Assembly (NCBI GenBank): GCA_046757845.1
Contig: JBHHYZ010000007.1
Coordinates: 7,896-71,895, forward strand
Source: Gemmatimonadota bacterium
Lineage (GTDB): Bacteria > Gemmatimonadota > Gemmatimonadetes > Palauibacterales > Palauibacteraceae
Length of the DNA stretch: 64,000 bases
Direction of reading: 5' to 3'
Both the position numbers and the translations under genes were made by a program. Below are positions 19,177-27,411 of this stretch, one piece after another; the first letter of the stretch is position 1, and every line of letters begins with the position of its first letter. The notes beneath the pieces are model-generated. The model saw nothing but the letters and a program-made list of their open reading frames with translations. It did not search any database and had not been told where the DNA came from.

Positions 19177-19416
19177 ACGGCATCCTCGCCGCGATGTAGC
19201 GAGGGCGGGAAGCCCGCGGTGGCACTCCCGCCCCCCCGGAACCGGCCCGTGCCCTCCTGTGGCAAGGTACGCCGCACGCGGCGACTGATCTTCTGATGAG
19301 CACATCCGGTTCGCTTCTCAGAAAGCTACTCCGGGGATTCGGGACGAGCAAGGGCCATCGCGGATGCTCCTCGGTGCACCCGGGATGGCGCGTTTCCCTC
19401 CGGCCCGCGCGGCTCC

Positions 19417-20733
19417 TCAGACCGTCGCGAACGGCTCCTCCAGAGACGGGCTCTGCGGCGTGAACAGGCGGGCGCCCTCCTCGGTGATCACCATGTCGTC
19501 TTCCAGGCGCACGCCGAATTCACCCCGGATGTAGATTCCCGGCTCGTCGCTGAACGTCATCCCGGGCCGCATGGCCAGCGTGTTGCCGCGCACCAGATAC
19601 GGCCACTCATGGCCGTCCATGCCGATCCCGTGCCCCACTCGGTGGCTGAAATACCGGTAGTCGGGACCGTAACCCGCCTCCGCGATCACCTGTCTGGCCG
19701 CCGCATCGACGGCCTGGCATTCCACGCCGGGACCGGCGGCCGCCAGGGCGGCGCTCTGCGCACGATGTTCGATCTCGAACACCCGCTTCATCTTGTCGGT
19801 GGCTCGGCCGAGCACGAAGGTGCGGCTGATGTCGGAGCGGTACCCTTCCACGCTGCATCCCCCGTCGATCAGCAGGATCGTGCCCTCCCGGACCACCTGG
19901 GGAGTGATCGAGCCGTGCGGAAGCGCCGAGAACTCTCCCACCTGCACGCCCGCTCCACCCGCAAAGCCCAGCCGCTGGTGGGCCAGGCGGACCAACCGCG
20001 CGAAGCCGTCCTGCGTCATGCCCTCTTCCAGGGCGCGGTAGGCCGCCTCGTACGCCTTCAGGGTCACGCGATTGGCCAGTTGCATCAGCTCCAGCTCGTG
20101 CTCGTCCTTCACGCCCCGGCAGCCCGCCGTCACGGGGGTGGCGCTGACCAGATCGAGCGCGGGCGCCTCCCGTGCGATCCCGTTGCTGAACACGAAGCGC
20201 ACCGTCTCCTCGATCCCCAGCCGGCCGGTGGCGATTCCGAGCTGGCGCAGACCCGAGGAGACGAGGCGATAGGGATTCTCGTCCTCCTGCCACGTGTAGA
20301 CGGGGGAGCCCGCTTCGAACGGGCCGGCTTCCAGCTGTTCACGCGCCCGCGCCTCTTCGAACGCCGGACTCACGATGAACGGCTTGCCGCTGGCCGGAAC
20401 CACCAGGGCCAGCAGCCTCTCGCTGAGACCCCAGCTGATATTCGAATAGTACTCGAGCGAGGTCCCGCCCGTCAGCACCAGCGCCTGCATGGAGTGCTCA
20501 CGCATCAGTCGGCGGGCCTTTTCCAGCCGGCCCCGCCGTTCCTCGACCGTGATGGGCCGGGCTCGATCCCGCATCGAGTGCAGCGCCGCGATGGAGGGGG
20601 GAAGCTCCTGCGGGCTCTCGGAGGATACCTCCGGGACGGTCAGAGCCCCCAGTGGATCGGGCAGCGCGGCCCGATAGGCGGCACCCAGGACGGTGGCGGT
20701 CGAGGCTCCGACGAACGCGCGACGAGACAACAT
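19417..20733 (-). CDS. M24 family Xaa-Pro aminopeptidase/creatinase-like peptidase with Tat-type signal
   Basis: 438 aa. N-terminus MLSRRAFVGASTATVLGAA is twin-arginine-like. The pita-bread metal ligand blocks are present (IDGGCSVEGYRSDISRTF, HRVGHGIGMDGHEWP, SDEPGIY, VRLED). Confidence 0.88.
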   Translation of the reverse strand: MLSRRAFVGASTATVLGAAYRAALPDPLGALTVPEVSSESPQELPPSIAALHSMRDRARPITVEERRGRLEKARRLMREHSMQALVLTGGTSLEYYSNISWGLSERLLALVVPASGKPFIVSPAFEEARAREQLEAGPFEAGSPVYTWQEDENPYRLVSSGLRQLGIATGRLGIEETVRFVFSNGIAREAPALDLVSATPVTAGCRGVKDEHELELMQLANRVTLKAYEAAYRALEEGMTQDGFARLVRLAHQRLGFAGGAGVQVGEFSALPHGSITPQVVREGTILLIDGGCSVEGYRSDISRTFVLGRATDKMKRVFEIEHRAQSAALAAAGPGVECQAVDAAARQVIAEAGYGPDYRYFSHRVGHGIGMDGHEWPYLVRGNTLAMRPGMTFSDEPGIYIRGEFGVRLEDDMVITEEGARLFTPQSPSLEEPFATV

Positions 20734-20931
20734 GGCCCTACCTCCCGATCAAAGACTCCGCGTGCGACGCGGCGTGGACGGATTTCTGGCCATCGTATCA
20801 CTCCCACCCACCCGCGGCTACGACCGGGCCTCGTCCCGCGCGGCCCGGCCACGGCCCGCGGAGGCCGGATCGGGTGCCCGTCCGGGAGCGCCCGGGTGGA
20901 CAGGGGCGCACCGGCCCTCTAACATCGGGCG

Positions 20932-22272
20932 ATGAAGATTCGGTTCCCCCATCCGCTGACCCTCCTGACCGGTTGCATCTTCCTCGGAGCCGCGCTCAGC
21001 TATGTGCTTCCGGCCGGCCAGTACGAACGGCGGGACGACCCGGCGACGGGCCGGCAAGTCGTCGTCGCGGGCACCTACCACGAGATCGCCCGCCAACCCG
21101 TCGGACCCTTCCAATCGGTCGTGGCCATCCCACGCGGGCTGGCCGACGCGGGCTCGATCGTGTTCCTCGTGTTCCTGATCGGCGGAGCCTTCACGGTGGT
21201 GGACAAGACCGGCGCGTTACGCCGGGGCGTGGGCTGGCTCGTGGCGAGGCTCGGGCACCGGGAGCTGCTGGTGATTCCGGTCGTGTCCCTGGCCTTCGCC
21301 TCCGCGGGAGCCCTCGAGAACATGCAGGAGGAGATCATCGCCCTGATCCCCGTCCTGCTGGTCCTCACCCGGGGACTCGGGTTTCCCGCGCTCACGGCCG
21401 TCTCGATGAGCGCCGGCGCGGCGTTCGTGGGCGCGGCGTTCAGTCCGATCAACCCGTTCCAGGTCGGGATCGCCCAGAAGCTGGCGGAGCTGCCCCTCCT
21501 CTCGGGAGCCCCCTTCCGTCTCATCTTCCTGGCGCTCGCGCTGGCGGTGTGGATCGGAGCCACCATGCGCCATGCGAGGCGCCGGCGCACGGCGCCCGAG
21601 ATCTCATCGGACGGGAATGGGGAGCCGATGAACCGTCGCGACGGGCTGATCCTCGGGCTGGTCCTGGCCACCTTCGGCGTGCTCGTATACGGCCTGTTGG
21701 GCCTGGGCTGGGACTTCGACCAGATGTCCGCGCTGTTCTTCGTCATGGGCGTCGTGGTCGGATTGGTGGGAAGGCTCGGAGTGACGGGGACGGCGGAGGC
21801 CTACGCCGAAGGTTTCCGTTCCATGGCCTACGCGGCGCTTCTCATCGGCTTCGCGCGCGCCATCTTCGTCGTGCTGCAGGACGGGCGCGTCGTCGACACG
21901 ATCATCCACGGCATGTTCACGCCGATCGCCGACCTGTCGCTCGGACTGTCCGCGCTCGGAATGATGGTGGCCCACACGGCCGTGCACGTGCCCGTGCCCA
22001 GCGTGAGCGGGCAGGCCGTGCTCACCATGCCGGTGCTGGTCCCGCTGTCCGATCTCCTGGGCCTGTCCCGACAGGTCACGGTCCTGGCCTACCAGTTCGG
22101 CGCCGGCCTGTGCGATCTCATCACACCCACGAACGGTGCCCTGCTGGCCATCCTGGCCGCCGGCGGCGTGGGTTACCAGGAGTGGTTGAGCTTCGCGTTC
22201 CGCTGGTACGTGGCTCTGTTCGCCCTCGGCGCCGTGGCCCTCGTCACAGCCGTGCTGACCGGACTAGCCTAG
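20932..22272 (+). CDS. YfcC/DcuC-like C4-dicarboxylate-anaerobic-carrier family transporter
   Basis: 446 aa polytopic protein. The N-terminus MKIRFPHPLTLLTGCIFLGAALSYVLPAGQYER is typical of YfcC-type proteins. Confidence 0.8.
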   Translation: MKIRFPHPLTLLTGCIFLGAALSYVLPAGQYERRDDPATGRQVVVAGTYHEIARQPVGPFQSVVAIPRGLADAGSIVFLVFLIGGAFTVVDKTGALRRGVGWLVARLGHRELLVIPVVSLAFASAGALENMQEEIIALIPVLLVLTRGLGFPALTAVSMSAGAAFVGAAFSPINPFQVGIAQKLAELPLLSGAPFRLIFLALALAVWIGATMRHARRRRTAPEISSDGNGEPMNRRDGLILGLVLATFGVLVYGLLGLGWDFDQMSALFFVMGVVVGLVGRLGVTGTAEAYAEGFRSMAYAALLIGFARAIFVVLQDGRVVDTIIHGMFTPIADLSLGLSALGMMVAHTAVHVPVPSVSGQAVLTMPVLVPLSDLLGLSRQVTVLAYQFGAGLCDLITPTNGALLAILAAGGVGYQEWLSFAFRWYVALFALGAVALVTAVLTGLA

Positions 22273-23765
22273 CGCGGCGGGCGAACCTCCGTGACCGGAC
22301 CGAACCGGCGCAGCTGCGATGCGATCTTCGACCTGTCGCCGGTGACGACAAGAAGCATGTCCTCGCTCCGCAGGTAGTCGTTCGCGATGCGCTGAACGTC
22401 CGGCGCCGTCACCGAGTACACCCGGTTCACGTATCCCGTCAGGTATTCGTCCGTCAGGCCGTGCAGGTCCAGGAAGGACAGCTGGCCGATGATGCCGGCC
22501 CGGTTCGAGTTCTGGAGCACGAAGATTCCCGCCATGTAGTTCTGGATTCCCCGCAGCTCCTCCTCATCCGGCGGTTCGGCGCGCAGCCGGTCGATCTCAT
22601 TGAGAATCTCCCGAATCGCCGGACCCGTCGCGGCCGTGGTCACGTCGGCGACCTCGACCCAATACCCGTCCCGGTAGCGCGTCGAGACCTGGCTGAACGG
22701 AGAATACGTGTAGCCCTTGTCTTCCCTGATGTTGCGCGTGATCCGCGAGCCGAACGAGCCGCCCAACAGCGAGTTCGTGACCTGGAGCGGCACCCAGTCG
22801 GGATCGGAGGGATCGATGACGGGCAGGCCCAGATACACGGTCGCCTGGGGCGCTCCCGGCCGGTCGATCAGGTAGATCGCTCGCCGGGTGACCGGCTCGG
22901 GCGGGTGGGCCTGCGCGGCCGTGCCCGCCGCCCAATCGCCGAACGCCTCGGTGATCGCGCTGCGCAGGGCCTCGGGATCGAACCGGCCGCTCACGTACAG
23001 GTGCGAGCGGGCGGCCCCGAAGTGGCTCGCCCAGAAATCGCGAACCTGATCGATCGTGTACCCTCGCAGCATCGTTTCGGTGGGAAAGATCCTCCCGTAC
23101 GGGTGGTCCGGGTACATCCGCCGGCGAAACTCGGCCAGCGTGATGGAGCGCGGCTGCTGCTTCGCCACGCTGAGCTGGCGGATCCGGTCGCCCTTGAGCC
23201 GTTCCAGCTCCGACTCCGGAAGCGCCGGGTGCCGCACCACATCGGCGATGAGGCGAACGATCTCGGGAGCGAAGTCCGACAGGACCTCGCCGCTCACCGA
23301 GGTGCGGTCCTGACCCACCCCGATGCGGATTTCGCCCCCCATCGCGGCGGCGGCCCGCGCGATCTGCTCGGCGCTCCGCGTCGTGGTCCCCTCCTTCATC
23401 AGATCGCCGGTCAGATCCGCCAGCCACACCTGGTCGGGCCCCTCATCAATGTTCCCGGTCCTCACCGTCAGCTGCGCGAGCACCTTCGGGACCGCGCCAT
23501 ACGGGACCAGGGTGACCTCAAGCCCGTCGCCGAGTCGAAACGTCTCCTTGGCCGGCAGGCTGAAGTCCTTCGGCCTGCCGCCCACCGGCGGCTTCTCCTT
23601 GCGCCTCTCCGGCGACGCCTGCCCGTACACCCCGGAGCTCGCGACCAGGATCCCGAGCGCGGTGCACAGCCAACGGGCGTTGAATCTTCTCATCTTCGCG
23701 GGTCTCCCCTGTCCGGCCAGCGGGAAGGCCGGTCCGGCCACGCGGGCCAACTCGCCGAGACTCAT
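22269..23765 (-). CDS. M16 family peptidase, non-catalytic (beta-like) subunit
   Basis: 498 aa with pitrilysin fold blocks but no HxxEH. ATGA overlap with the upstream M16 gene. An internal ATG at 23693 (MRRFNARWLCTALGILVASSG) gives a better signal peptide. Confidence 0.8.
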   Translation of the reverse strand: MSLGELARVAGPAFPLAGQGRPAKMRRFNARWLCTALGILVASSGVYGQASPERRKEKPPVGGRPKDFSLPAKETFRLGDGLEVTLVPYGAVPKVLAQLTVRTGNIDEGPDQVWLADLTGDLMKEGTTTRSAEQIARAAAAMGGEIRIGVGQDRTSVSGEVLSDFAPEIVRLIADVVRHPALPESELERLKGDRIRQLSVAKQQPRSITLAEFRRRMYPDHPYGRIFPTETMLRGYTIDQVRDFWASHFGAARSHLYVSGRFDPEALRSAITEAFGDWAAGTAAQAHPPEPVTRRAIYLIDRPGAPQATVYLGLPVIDPSDPDWVPLQVTNSLLGGSFGSRITRNIREDKGYTYSPFSQVSTRYRDGYWVEVADVTTAATGPAIREILNEIDRLRAEPPDEEELRGIQNYMAGIFVLQNSNRAGIIGQLSFLDLHGLTDEYLTGYVNRVYSVTAPDVQRIANDYLRSEDMLLVVTGDRSKIASQLRRFGPVTEVRPPR

Positions 23766-25174
23766 CGGTCACCTCCCCCGCTGTTCGCCGCACCGGCGCC
23801 CGGCTCCACCACCAGGACCGTGCGATTGGTGGGCCTCAGGTACTCCCGGGCCGTTCGCTGAAGCAGCTCCGGAGTCACCCGCGCGAACTCGTCCTCGAGC
23901 CGATCGATCCTGGAAGGCTCATCATCGAACAGGGCGAAGGACGCCAGCAGATCGGCCCGCCCGAAGCCGAATAGGCCCTCGATGCCCGAGTACAGGGCGG
24001 AGCGGTTCTTCACCCGGGCCCGGTCCAGCGTCTCCCGATCCAGCAGCTCCGTCCGCACGCGCTCGATCACGGAGTCGGCCACGGCCAGGATCCGCTCGGG
24101 AGACTTGTCGGCATCGTGAAGGAGAGAGACGGTCCACAGCATGGGCCCGTCGTAATCGAACATGTTGCCGAGCAGATTGATCCCGCCGCTCACCGCGCCG
24201 GTCAGCCCCGCGCGCTGCACGAGCGCCTGCCGGAGCAGCGCGTCGTCGCCCTGGAGGAGGATCTGGTCCAGCAGTCCCATCGCGTAATACTCCGGGGAGT
24301 TTCGCTCCGGCATGTGATAGCCCAAGGCGATGGCCGGCCGGTTGGCCAGCCTGTCCGTCTTGGTGAAGCGCTTCTCCTCCTCCTGACGCGGCTCCGCGAG
24401 GTCCGGCCGGTCGATCTCCGGCCCCGCCGGAATCTCGCCGAAGTATTGCCGAACCCATCGCATCGCCTGTTCGGGCTCGAAATCCCCCCCGATGACCAGC
24501 GCGGCGTTATTCGGAGCGTAGTACTGGCGGAAAAACCCCTTCACGTCCTCGAGCGTCGCCGAGTCGATGTCTTCCAGGTCGCCATAGAAATTGTGGGCGT
24601 TGTACCAGTTCTCGTTGGCGTACTGGGGGAGATCCAGCCAGGGAAAGCCGCCGTAGGGCCGGTTGAGCACGTTCACCCGCACCTCGTTCTTCACCACGCC
24701 CTGCTGGTTGACCAGGTTGTCCTGCGTGATGGCGAGCCCCTTCATCCGATCGGCCTCGGCCCACAGCATGGTCTCCAGCTTATGGGAGGGAACGATCTCG
24801 AAGTAGTTGGTGAAATCGAACCGCGTGGAGCCGTTGAGGATGCCGCCGTTCTGCTGGATCAGGTTGACGAATTCCATCTTCCCGAGGTTCTCCGAGCCCT
24901 GGAACATCATATGCTCGAACAGGTGCGCGAACCCCGTCCGGTCCCTCGGCTCCAGGCGAAACCCGATGTGGTAGTAGACGGCAACCGTCGTGATCGGGGC
25001 CGTCGCATCGGGAGACAGCACGACCCGCAGCCCGTTGTCCAGCTTGTGATACTCGGTGGCCACGTGGAAGCCGCCGTCCGCGGAGACCTCCTCGTCCGAT
25101 CCGGCGCACGACGCCGCCAGGAGCACCGCGGCGACCAGCCCCGTGAAGCGCGACAGATTGTTGGCGTTTCGCAT
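23762..25174 (-). CDS. M16 family zinc peptidase (HxxEH catalytic subunit), lipoprotein-like signal
   Basis: Trimmed to MRNANNLSRFTGLVAAVLLAASCAG. Inverted zinc motif GFAHLFEHMMFQGS. The upstream 254 codons of ORF 23762..25936 are shadow. Confidence 0.88.
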   Translation of the reverse strand: MRNANNLSRFTGLVAAVLLAASCAGSDEEVSADGGFHVATEYHKLDNGLRVVLSPDATAPITTVAVYYHIGFRLEPRDRTGFAHLFEHMMFQGSENLGKMEFVNLIQQNGGILNGSTRFDFTNYFEIVPSHKLETMLWAEADRMKGLAITQDNLVNQQGVVKNEVRVNVLNRPYGGFPWLDLPQYANENWYNAHNFYGDLEDIDSATLEDVKGFFRQYYAPNNAALVIGGDFEPEQAMRWVRQYFGEIPAGPEIDRPDLAEPRQEEEKRFTKTDRLANRPAIALGYHMPERNSPEYYAMGLLDQILLQGDDALLRQALVQRAGLTGAVSGGINLLGNMFDYDGPMLWTVSLLHDADKSPERILAVADSVIERVRTELLDRETLDRARVKNRSALYSGIEGLFGFGRADLLASFALFDDEPSRIDRLEDEFARVTPELLQRTAREYLRPTNRTVLVVEPGAGAANSGGGDR

Positions 25175-25188
25175 CAGCTGCCTCCCGC

Positions 25189-25896
25189 TCACAGCTTGAG
25201 GTAGAGGGAAGCGAAGAAGCGGTCCGCGCTTCGGTCCGTTCCCGTGCGGTCCGTCGGGTCGAAGATCGTCTCCGCATTCACGCGGTAGCGCCGCCACTCG
25301 GCCCTCAGACCGACGGAGGGAGTGAGGTCGGCATCGAGCCCGCCTCCGTATACGGCCGCGCTCTGGGACTTCGTCGCCAGACCGTCTCCATCCGGCGCGT
25401 GCACCACGGCCCCGATCCCGATCGTGCCGAACGGAACGACCCCGAGCCGTTGTAGGGGCCCGATGGCCAGATGGCCGGCCAGCGTCAGGTCCACCACATA
25501 CTGGTCCGCATCCACGGCGGCCGAGTCCCCGGTGACGGTCGTGCGGCCGTACGCGGCCCCGAGGCGAAGCGAGAAGAAGCGCTGGATCCGGTTCTCCAGA
25601 TCGAAGCCCACCATCGCGCGGTCGTCGATCCGGTCCACCCCCCGTTCGTCGTTCCAAGCCAGCAGGCCGCCCGTCAAAGCCAGACGGAACTGTCTGGGAG
25701 CCCGGGCCATCTCGGGCTCCCGCGGCGGGCCCTCCGTTTCGGAGACGGGAGCATCGGGCTTCCCACCCTCCTGCGCGTGCAACACCGCGGGCCCATACAG
25801 CCCCAGCGAAGCGCACAGCGCCGCGGTCGCCCCGGCGAGGCCGCTCCGCGTGAGACCGCGCGCGCCCGTAGTTCTTCCGGGTGGCGGCGGTCTCAA
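25189..25896 (-). CDS. small outer-membrane beta-barrel protein (OmpA-barrel/OmpW-like porin family)
   Basis: Alternating beta-strand pattern ending in ...FFASLYLKL with an aromatic-rich C-terminus. Signal peptide ...AALCASLGLYGPAVLHA|QE. The only in-frame start after the tolC stop is TTG 25896-25894, which overlaps that stop as TTGA. Confidence 0.6.
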   Translation of the reverse strand: MRPPPPGRTTGARGLTRSGLAGATAALCASLGLYGPAVLHAQEGGKPDAPVSETEGPPREPEMARAPRQFRLALTGGLLAWNDERGVDRIDDRAMVGFDLENRIQRFFSLRLGAAYGRTTVTGDSAAVDADQYVVDLTLAGHLAIGPLQRLGVVPFGTIGIGAVVHAPDGDGLATKSQSAAVYGGGLDADLTPSVGLRAEWRRYRVNAETIFDPTDRTGTDRSADRFFASLYLKL

Positions 25897-27320
25897 CGCT
25901 CCCCCATCGCCGCGACGAGCCGGGCCTGGGCCACATTGTAATTGAACAGCGCCTGGGCGTAGTTGGTTCGCGCCCGCGTTACCGCCAGCTCCGAATCGTT
26001 CAGCTCGACCTGGGTCGAGAGGCCGTTGCGGAAGCGGGTCTGGGCGATCTTCAGGGCCCGCTCGGCCCGGCGCACGTTGGATTCGGAAGCCTCCGCCTGC
26101 GCCCGCGCCGCTCCCAGGGCCTGCCTGGCCTGCTGCACCTCGAGCTGGACGTCGCCCGAGAGCTGTCTCAGGCGGTAACGCTCGCGATCCAGGGCCGCCC
26201 GAGCCTGCTGAACGCGCCCCGCCCGGGCCCGCCCATCGAACAGGGGGATGGAGACCTGGAGGCCCGCCGTCAGGCTCTGGGAGAAGTCCTCCTCGCTGGG
26301 GAAGAACTGGCTGCTCGAGCCCCGCCGGCTCAGGCTGGCCAGCAGGTCGAACGACGGCAGCGCGTCGCTCCGCTGAGCCGACAGGTTCTGGGACTGGAGA
26401 TCCACCACCAGCTCCTGCGCCTCCAGGTCCGCCCGATGCTCCATCGCGTGCTTCACGGCCGCCCGCATCGCCACGGACTCGGCCTCCGCCCGCTCCGGCG
26501 CCGGCGGAGGCGGCCGCTCCAGCGAATCCGTGAGAACGAGCTCCGTGGCGATCGGGAGGTTGACCGTCCTCTTCAACCGGTTCCCATCCAGCTCCAGCCG
26601 ATTGCGCGCCTCGATCAACTGGGGCCGGATGTTCTCGACTTCCACCTGGGCCGTGAGCAGATCGAAATCGGCGGCTGTGCCGGCCCGGTTCATCGCCTCG
26701 ACTTCCTTCAGCCGCGCGGCGGCCTGCTCGAGCGCCTGCTCCTGTACCCGGACCAGCGCCCGGTCCAGCAGCACCGTGTAGTAATCCAGTCGCGCCTGGA
26801 GCGCGGCCGCCACCCTGGCCGACTCCACCTGCGCCGAGCTCGCGCGCCGACTGAGTCCCGCCGCCTTGCGGGCCGGACCCAGCGAAAAATCGAGCAGCGG
26901 CTGCTTCAGGCTCAACCCGAACGTGTAGTCGTTGTCGTCGCCGATCGAGATCTGCTGAACCCCGTTGGGCGTGTTGAAGAACAGCACCGGCCGCTGCACG
27001 TTTCGCGTGTAGTTCACGTTGGCCGTCACCTCCGGCAACGCGTCCGCCCGGGTCTCCGTGGCGATTCCCTCGGCCCGGGCCTGCTCGGCCCGCGCCATCA
27101 GGACGACCTCGTTCAGAGTCGTCGCCCGGCGGACGGCCGACTCCAGGCTCAGACGCACCTGCCGGGCTCGCCCGGGCTGCTGCGCGGAGGCAGGGACCAC
27201 CGCGCCTACGAGCCATGCGGCGCAAAGCACCCCGCCCGCCAACAGATGGAGGAATCTCCCGCCCGGCCGCCCGGCCTCTCCGGACCGGCCGCTCCCGTAC
27301 CTCGACAGAGATTCATGCAT
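25893..27320 (-). CDS. TolC family outer-membrane efflux protein
   Basis: About 475 aa. Signal peptide ...AVVPASAQQ, and two repeats of the long coiled-coil/barrel pattern typical of OEP (ARAEQARAEG..., LDYYTVLLDRALV...). ATG 27320 preferred over the TTG at 27329. Confidence 0.88.
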   Translation of the reverse strand: MHESLSRYGSGRSGEAGRPGGRFLHLLAGGVLCAAWLVGAVVPASAQQPGRARQVRLSLESAVRRATTLNEVVLMARAEQARAEGIATETRADALPEVTANVNYTRNVQRPVLFFNTPNGVQQISIGDDNDYTFGLSLKQPLLDFSLGPARKAAGLSRRASSAQVESARVAAALQARLDYYTVLLDRALVRVQEQALEQAAARLKEVEAMNRAGTAADFDLLTAQVEVENIRPQLIEARNRLELDGNRLKRTVNLPIATELVLTDSLERPPPPAPERAEAESVAMRAAVKHAMEHRADLEAQELVVDLQSQNLSAQRSDALPSFDLLASLSRRGSSSQFFPSEEDFSQSLTAGLQVSIPLFDGRARAGRVQQARAALDRERYRLRQLSGDVQLEVQQARQALGAARAQAEASESNVRRAERALKIAQTRFRNGLSTQVELNDSELAVTRARTNYAQALFNYNVAQARLVAAMGER

Positions 27321-27330
27321 AGTCCACAAC

Positions 27331-27357
27331 CTACGTTGTTTTAATTACTTACAATCT
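27331..27357 (-). promoter_or_regulatory. AT-rich island between the RND pump gene and tolC (possible internal promoter/UP-like element)
   Basis: ctacgttgttttaattacttacaatct stands out against the GC-rich background. It lies 11-37 nt upstream of the tolC start on the minus strand. Confidence 0.25.
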
Positions 27358-27411
27358 CGCCACTCGATACGATGTGGCGGGCACGCTCCCCCCGCCCCAC
27401 CCTCCGAATCC

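Noticed and set aside
23762-25936. Long N-terminal extensions in the ORF track. Examples: 23762..25936, 32341..35595, 42518..45949, 54744..56606, 61440..63641, 51848..53065, 3665..5176, 2985..4229 and 25189..27225.
   Set aside because: The extensions overlap the upstream gene in another frame and are Arg/Gly-rich nonsense. Recognisable homology, signal peptides and RBS-like or overlap-coupled start codons begin at internal positions, so these genes were trimmed.
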